Assembly: GCA_963821525.1 (NCBI GenBank)
Contig: CAWGED010000014.1
Span: 81,960-145,959, forward strand
Direction: 5' to 3'
From: an uncultured Gemmatimonadales bacterium
GTDB taxonomy: Bacteria; Gemmatimonadota; Gemmatimonadetes; Gemmatimonadales; GWC2-71-9
DNA length: 64,000 bases
Below are positions 57,962 through 64,000 of this stretch, piece after piece (within the stretch, counting starts at the first letter, position 1; the number at the start of each line of letters is the position of its first letter). A program made the position numbers and the translations under genes. The notes beneath the pieces are model-generated. The model did no database searches, was not told the DNA's origin, and saw only the letters and a list, made by a program, of their open reading frames with translations.

Positions 57962-58318
57962 TTATTCCCCGGTGCGAATCAGGGAACCGATCAAAGCTCC
58001 CGCGGCTGCGGCGGGGACAGCTATGATCACAATTGCCCGGCCATATTCGTCTGCGCCACATTCGGTATCTGGATCCCCGCAAAACGCGACCAGAAAGAGG
58101 GTCGTTGCCGCGACACCTACGGCGCTGCCTATGAGGAGGCCCGTGAAGGTATGGGAATGAGTCTGCGAGGCAGAGTCGCCAGTAAACAGGGGCTGGAATG
58201 TGGACGACCGCTGTTGAGAAATATGCTCGGCCGGCATTTTGACTCTCCAGACCGGCAACGGAGGAGCCATCGCCTGGGCCTCGAGAGATCCGACGCCGAA
58301 GCAGCTGAGCACGAGCAT
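57962..58318 (-). CDS. Secreted/membrane hypothetical protein, start uncertain
   Basis: Signal-like N-terminus, glycine-zipper-like TM pair. Confidence 0.55.
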   Translation of the reverse strand: MLVLSCFGVGSLEAQAMAPPLPVWRVKMPAEHISQQRSSTFQPLFTGDSASQTHSHTFTGLLIGSAVGVAATTLFLVAFCGDPDTECGADEYGRAIVIIAVPAAAAGALIGSLIRTGE

Positions 58319-58370
58319 TCCGCTCAAAGCGAGCCGCTTTGGCCTGCCTCCGCTATCTCTCACCCACTGA

Positions 58371-58610
58371 CTATGCATCTCTCAAGACCTTCTTGAAACA
58401 CCGCAGTCTGACCGTCTCCTCGAACCCAGGTGCCCGATGGGCCACTGCACTCAGCTCATTCGCGTGGATCCATATGGACAGCTCGGCGAAAGCCGACGGC
58501 CGCACCGCGCTCGTCGAAGGCCAGCAGCACCTCGAGCGGCATGTAGAGGTTCCCTTCAAAGTACTGCGCGACCTCGCCGGCGTGCGAGCCGCCATCCTGA
58601 CCTGGATCAT
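58371..58610 (-). pseudogene. Internally deleted AAC(6')-I-like GNAT remnant
   Basis: Across frames: EVAQYFEG..PLEVLLA...AVGFAELSI / NELSAVAHRAPGFEETVRLRCFKKVL; acetyl-CoA-binding core missing. Confidence 0.6.
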
Positions 58611-59164
58611 GCCTCTGCCTTGACGATCCACACGTCGCCGTAACGCTCCATCAGACCCAAGTCATCCACGATCAGCTCGGCCTCGAAGCTGCTGCTCCTG
58701 TAGTGATACCGCCGGTCGCCCAATCGTTGATACGACTGATCGAGCGGCCCCAGCCGGAAGGCCGGAAAGGTGAGCCACGCCGCTCGAACCGACATCGTCT
58801 CGCCTTCGGCCAAGGCAGCTCGGCGCAGGGGGAGGAGATTGGTCGAAGGTGTAAAGGCGAGATCAACGTCGAGCGCGCCGTCTACTGCGGGCACCCGGAC
58901 TCCGTTGAGCCACCAGTGCCCCTGAGTGTCGGAGTGGATGTCGCAGGAAACCGTCCGCTCGCCGAGTGTGCCCTGGACCGTCGCGATCGTCGTTCGCCAG
59001 GAGCGGTCGCACTGAACCCGGTATTCGAGCCTGGCAGGGGAGCGATCGATGGCTACCAGTACAACACCCTCGATGACCCATGCGTCCGGCTCTTCCCTTA
59101 GTTGAGCGACCTCTGATCCGGGCAGGTCCAACCGCTGCCAAAAGACTGTCTTGAGGAGCGCCAC
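58607..59164 (-). CDS. Putative glycolipid-binding domain protein (DUF1089)
   Basis: WQRLDLPGSE, DVDLAFTPSTNLLPLRR, LDQSYQR, VDDLG. Confidence 0.88.
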   Translation of the reverse strand: MALLKTVFWQRLDLPGSEVAQLREEPDAWVIEGVVLVAIDRSPARLEYRVQCDRSWRTTIATVQGTLGERTVSCDIHSDTQGHWWLNGVRVPAVDGALDVDLAFTPSTNLLPLRRAALAEGETMSVRAAWLTFPAFRLGPLDQSYQRLGDRRYHYRSSSFEAELIVDDLGLMERYGDVWIVKAEA

Positions 59165-59363
59165 AGCAGAACCCTTCGAGGCTGGGTCCAGGCGGGACTT
59201 GAGGAAATGTGGTGGGGTCATGGCTCGCCTTACCACGAAGGATGCGCATCGAAGTAGGTATGCGGGCTGCGGGTCACCGGCCGAAGTCGAACGCTGAGCG
59301 CCACGTAGCGCAGCGAGGTTGTGCAAAGGATCTCGCGTATCTCGTCTAATCTAACGCTTCACG

Positions 59364-59813
59364 TCACGGATAGCACGCCGGACGTGCGTCCTTGATGCGG
59401 GCAATCCGATCCTTGGCAAGATCTGAAATGGTGGGCTTGGGAACTGGAGCGGGATAGCGGATCGTGTCGACGAACTTGGGGGGGACGAGGTGCTGGTTCC
59501 CGATGTACTGCTGAATCCGGCTCGTGAGACGCTTCACGTCGACACAAGCCTTCGCGGTCTTACGCCTTTCGAAGATCGATTGAACTGCGTCGTAGTCGGA
59601 TTGGCTGTACTCGTCCGTTGCCGGAGCCGATTGTGGAGTTGGCGGCGGCGCCTCCTGGGGCGATGGAGCGGGCTTTTCGGTGACCTGGGATGGATGCGAG
59701 CTGAGCTTGGCCTTGAGGTCACTCCACCACCACGGCACCGACCCCCCTACCAGCAGGGCGACAAGGATCCCAACGGCAACCTGCGAGAGCGGGCCACGCG
59801 GCCGGTCAGACAT
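59364..59813 (-). CDS. Hypothetical membrane-anchored protein
   Basis: TM helix, Pro-rich linker, small C-terminal domain. Confidence 0.6.
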   Translation of the reverse strand: MSDRPRGPLSQVAVGILVALLVGGSVPWWWSDLKAKLSSHPSQVTEKPAPSPQEAPPPTPQSAPATDEYSQSDYDAVQSIFERRKTAKACVDVKRLTSRIQQYIGNQHLVPPKFVDTIRYPAPVPKPTISDLAKDRIARIKDARPACYP

Positions 59814-59940
59814 GACGGCACCATTTCAGATTCCGGACCACGCACCACGCGCGGTCCCTCCTCTAACTAACCTGTCGACCCTTCTCCCGCGCAAGCGCAG
59901 ATTTATCGTCTCTTGACGACGTGAACCTCGCGGGCCAGTT

Positions 59941-60046
59941 GGATGGTAGGATGTTGGGATGTTAGGATGTTTGATTGGGGCTCACATCCTCATATCCCCA
60001 CATCCCCACATCCCCACATCCGACCATCCGACTACTCACACATCCG
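59941..60046. repeat. Palindromic octamer repeat (GGATGTTG)n ... (CACATCCC)n
   Basis: Directly visible after the hydrolase stop. Confidence 0.85.
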
Positions 60047-60049
60047 GTC

Positions 60050-61076
60050 TCACTGCCCGGCAGTCTCGCCGAGAAATTGTCGCATCGCCTCGGTCACCTG
60101 CGCCGGATGCGAGTAGAACACGTAATGATTGGCTCCGTGCACCTCCAGGATTTGGGCTCCCGCCAGCTCCCGGCGAACCTTTTCCCGCTCGGTCGCTCCC
60201 CACCGCTGCAGCGTCCCGGTAAAGCGAATCGCCGCCTGCCTGGTCTTAGAATCGAGTTGACCGAGAGTGGGGAAGACTTGCGATGCCGAATCCACCACGG
60301 CGTCGATCGCCAGCGCGGGTGTCCGGACCGCCTTGTAGTCGGGGTGACCGCAGCCCTGCAGCATGAGAGAATCGACCCACTCGGGCGTCACGTTTCCCGT
60401 CAAATGATCGGAGCTGTCATAGCGCCCGATGGCCCGGAGCTGGGACTCGGGGATCAGCGTGCCGTAGGTGCGCAGGATGTAGGCCTGCACTGCCTTGGGT
60501 GATGCGGAATCCGCGGCGACCATGGGGGAAGGGGAGGGTACTCGCGAACTCAGAACTCCGACACCGGAGTGATCATAAGCCGCGTCGAGATACACCAGGT
60601 GACTCACCCGCTCGGGGAAGGCACCGGCAAACGCGGTGAGTTCGTCTCCTGCGATCGAGTGACCCACGAGTGCCACCCGAGTGAGATGCAGCGAATCGAG
60701 CACCGCGCGAAGATCGGCGACCCGGGTGGCCAGGTCGTAGCCTGAGGATGACTGGCTCGAGGCCCCATATCCGCGACGGGTGATGGCCAGCACATGAAAG
60801 TGATCGGTGAAGCGCGGGGCGAAGTCATCAAATCCGTGGGCCACGTCCTGCAATCCTGAGAGAAAGACCAGCGGAATTCCGAACCGCCCCAGTCGAGCAC
60901 TTCCAGCGTCACACCTGGAGCGACCGCGACGAATTGGACTCGATGGGGAGAAGGATCGGTCCAGCCGGCAGATGGCTCTGGGTGACGGCACGCGAGCAGC
61001 AGAGAGGGCACTGCTACGATAATCGCCCAGGCCGAAGGCGGGCCACCGATCGGTTGCGAGAGAGTGATTGGATCAT
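60050..61076 (-). CDS. Alpha/beta hydrolase (lipoprotein), frameshifted
   Basis: LEVLDWGG, ITRRGYGAS, GHSIAGDE, LVYLDAA, ANHYVF. Confidence 0.88.
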
Positions 61077-61541
61077 GCTGATCCCTCCGTCGTCTGGTGA
61101 GTCCAGAAGGGGCGAAGCACTCGCGCCGCCTCGGCCAGCAGTGCCTCATCGTCGGGACCGAACGCTCGATCCGGTCGCTCTCCACATCAATCGTTCCTAC
61201 CACTGCTCCCCCAGCTCCCATCACGGGAAAGATCGCCTCGGCTCGAGTCGAGCCGAAGGTTGTGAGCCATCGGGAGTCCTGGGAGACATCCTGAACCACC
61301 ACCGGTTTCCGACTCGCGGCAGCGGCACCATTGAGACCCTGAGAGATCGGGAAACTTGGAAAGGCGGGCGACTCTGATCCTGTCCAGGCGATCGCCGTGA
61401 TCTCGGCGGGCCCCACGTCATAGAGCCCGACCCACCGATAGTTCCGCCCCTCGCGCAGCGTTTCGGCTAGGAGTCGTGCCTTCGCTGGACGAGAGGGTCG
61501 TGTTCCAGGACGGCGCGGAGCCGCGAAACAATATCGATCAT
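61073..61541 (-). CDS. GAF domain protein, frameshifted
   Basis: NYRWVGLY, VVQDVSQD..WLTTFGSTRAE, VGTIDVES. Confidence 0.85.
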
Positions 61542-61575
61542 GGACTGGTGACCCGGCGTCAGGCCGAGAAGGCTC

Positions 61576-61633
61576 TTGACGCCAAAATGTTCCTGTGCTA
61601 TATAACCATGGGGTTAGATAACCAGAAAGTTAT
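61576..61633 (+). promoter_or_regulatory. Sigma70-like promoter with tandem ArsR-type operators
   Basis: TTGACG -35; ATAACC-N4-GGTTAG and ATAACC-N4-AGTTAT. Confidence 0.7.
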
Positions 61634-61653
61634 ACACATTGACCCATAACACT

Positions 61654-62011
61654 ATGCGAGCCGCTACCCACGCCCTAGCACTACTTTTCGGCCCTCGCCG
61701 ATCCGACCCGACGCGCCATTCTGGTTCGGCTGGCCGACGGAGCGGCAACCGTGAAAGACCTTTCGGCCCCCTTCGACATGAGCGGGCCAGCCATCTCCAA
61801 GCACCTTCGCGTACTCGAGCGCGCGGGGCTGATCCAGCGGGGAAGGGAGGCGCAGTGGCGCCCTCGGACGCTGGACGCGGCCCCGCTCAAAGAGGTCGCG
61901 GAATGGGCGGGAGAGTTCCGCCGCTTCTGGGACGCGAGTTACACGCGCCTCGACGCTTATCTCCAATATCTCAAGGAACAGGAGAAGACCGATGACCACG
62001 ACCGCAACTAA
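61654..62011 (+). CDS. ArsR family transcriptional regulator, frameshifted
   Basis: ALADPTRRAIL, SGPAISKHLRVLERAGLI, FWDASYTRLD. Confidence 0.9.
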
Positions 62012-62483
62012 ACCCGGCGTTACCGTCTTTGCGACGCCGAGATGACCGTGAAGTCGAGTTCACGAGAGTCCTGGACGCGCCACGGCGGCTGGTCTTCGAC
62101 GCCTGGACCCAGCCGAAACACATCCAGCAGTGGATGCTCGGCCCGAAGGCTGGACCATGCCGGAGTGCAACATCGATCTTCGGGTCGGCGGCTCCTGGCG
62201 TTACGTCTGGCGCAAGGCCGACGGAGCCGAAATGGCAATGGGCGGCACCGTGCGCGAAGTGAAGCCGCCGGAACTGTTGGTAACCACCGAGCGATGGGGA
62301 CCCGAATGGCCGGAGACGATCAATACCCTTCGCCTCACCGAATCCGGCGGCCGGACGACGGCCACGCTCACGGTCACCTATCCCTCCAAGGATGCGCGAG
62401 ATGCCGCGCTCAAGACCGGGATGAAGGAAGGCATGGATCCGAGCTTTGCCAGACTCGAAGATCTGCTCCGGAAGCTCAAGTGA
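61992..62483 (+). CDS. SRPBCC/AHSA1 family protein, frameshifted
   Basis: RVLDAPRRLVFDAWT, IDLRVGGSWRY, GMKEGM. Confidence 0.9.
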
Positions 62484-63202
62484 GCGAGATGGCAGAACGG
62501 GTGCGGGATTCCCTCGTGTGGCTGGAACGCCACGGCACCAAGGCCTATCGCGAGGCGATGCTTACTCGCTACGGAATTACCGCACCCAAGTCGTATGGCG
62601 TGAAAGTGGGAATGATTCAGCAGCTGGCCAAGCGCCTCGGCGCGACCATGATCTGGCCGACGCGCTCTGGAAAACCGGCTGGTACGAGGCCCGCATGCTC
62701 ACCGCGTTCGTCGACGAGCCGGCGCGCGTCACGCCCGCGCAGATGGACCGCTGGTGCCGGGACTTCGACAACTGGGGCATCTGCGACACCGTTTGCTTCT
62801 GTCTCTGGGACCGCACGCCCCACGCCTGGGCCAAGGTTGTAGCAGTGGAGCGATCAGCCGGACGAGTTCATCAAACGGCCGCGTTTGCGCTGCTCGCGAG
62901 CCTCGCCGGGCACGACAAGAAGGCCGCCGACTCGCAGTTCCTCGAATGCCTGCCCCTGATCGAACGCGCCGCAACCGATGAGCGAAACTTCGTCAAGAAA
63001 GGCGTGAGCTGGGCCTTGCGGCGGATTGGCCGGCGCAACGCCGCGCTCAACGCCGCCGCGGTTGAAGTCTCCTGCCGCATGGCCGAATCCGATGTAGCCG
63101 GCAGCGCGATCACCGGCAAGGAAGCGCTGCGAGAGCTGACCAGCCCCCTGGTCCGCCGGAAACTTGCCGCGAAGGACCGCCGTCACCGCAAAGGGCCGAT
63201 GA
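62480..63202 (+). CDS. DNA alkylation repair protein (AlkD-like), frameshifted, end approximate
   Basis: DHDLADALWKTGWYEARML, FDNWGICD, DERNFVKKGVSWALR. Confidence 0.88.
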
Positions 63203-63243
63203 GGCCAATCCCAATCACCGAATTGAAACTGAAGGGTGTTCCG

Positions 63244-64000
63244 ATGACCACACGCATTCGCAACCCCGGCGAAGTTGCTGGATCAACAGGCTGACCCCGC
63301 AGCCTGCCGAGGCATGCACCTTCTTCGAGAAGTTGCTGGGCTGGACCTACGCTGAAATCCCCGGGATGGGTTACCTCAATCAAGGTGGGAGGGAGTGATA
63401 TCGGCGGGCTCTTCGATTTGAACGGCCCCCAAACGCCCAGGGGCATCCCTCCGCTCATCGGTGTCATGGTGAAAGTCGAAAACGCCGACGCCACCGGTGA
63501 GAAGGTCAGGTCACTCGGCGGCAAGGCGGCACCAGCGTTCGATGTCGCGGAAAAACGGCCGCATGGCCGTCTGCCATGATCCCAACGGCGCCGAGTTCGA
63601 TATTTGGCAGGGGAAGGGGAGCCCGGGCACCGACGTGGACGGCACTCTGCACGGAGCTCCCAGCTGGTTCGAGACCTCTGACCAGCGAGCGTCCCTCGAG
63701 CCAGGGAGTTCTATACCCGGCCTGTTCGGGTGGACCATCGAAGAGAAGCCGATGCCCGGTTTCACCTACACCACCTTCAAGCTCGGTAACACTCCCGTGG
63801 CGGGCCTGATGCAGATCCCGGAGGACATGAAACGCCTGACTGGGGGGTGTACTTCACCGTCGACGACGCGGACCAGGTCGCGGAGACAGGCGACCAAGCT
63901 CGGCGGGAAGATCTGCATGCCGCTGATGGATATCCCGGAGATCGGCCGCATGGCCGGCATTACGTCACCGCAGGGCGTGAACTTCTACGTCATCAAGTAC
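63244..64000 (+). CDS. Two-domain VOC (CFP32-like) protein, partial, multiple frameshifts
   Basis: FFEKLLGWTY, GRMAVCHDPNGAEFDIWQ, SWFETS, DIPEIGRMAGITSPQG. Confidence 0.8.

Noticed and set aside
472..60046. Short tandem repeats as CRISPR arrays
   Set aside because: Units are 7-9 bp with no unique spacers, and there are no cas genes.
49527..64000. Programmed frameshifting or mass pseudogenisation
   Set aside because: Indels are scattered across unrelated genes without consistent slippery sites and are best explained by sequencing error.

Overview
GC-rich bacterial window, probably Gemmatimonadota. That assignment is inferred from the 'AVKVLRP...GAxRFLREI' kinase type and the general gene content, not from a marker gene. 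About 100 mostly short, tightly overlapping genes encode stress, detoxification and repair functions: 5 VOC, 3 DinB-like, 3 intact GNAT, 2 RidA, an alkyltransferase-like protein, AdaA-AlkA, AlkD-like, pyrimidine-dimer glycosylase, ECF42 with two YciI, and carbonic anhydrase. Many genes carry single-base frameshifts typical of unpolished long reads. I saw no rRNA, tRNA, CRISPR array, transposase or integrase. Main highlights: (1) a MerB-like organomercurial lyase split by an in-frame UGA exactly at the second catalytic Cys and followed by an fdhF-like SECIS hairpin, so a probable selenoenzyme outside any mer operon; (2) a 21-bp box at fixed distance from a -10 hexamer in front of adaA-alkA, a HAF-repeat lipoprotein gene and an NTF2-fold gene, so a probable unusual Ada regulon; (3) an operon of Ser/Thr kinase, ABC importer, STAS-fusion protein and a second kinase; (4) several unrelated families of 7-9 bp tandem or palindromic intergenic repeats, mostly at gene 3' ends; (5) an attenuator-like leader before an RNHCP gene. 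Family assignments come from motif recognition only; no database search was run.
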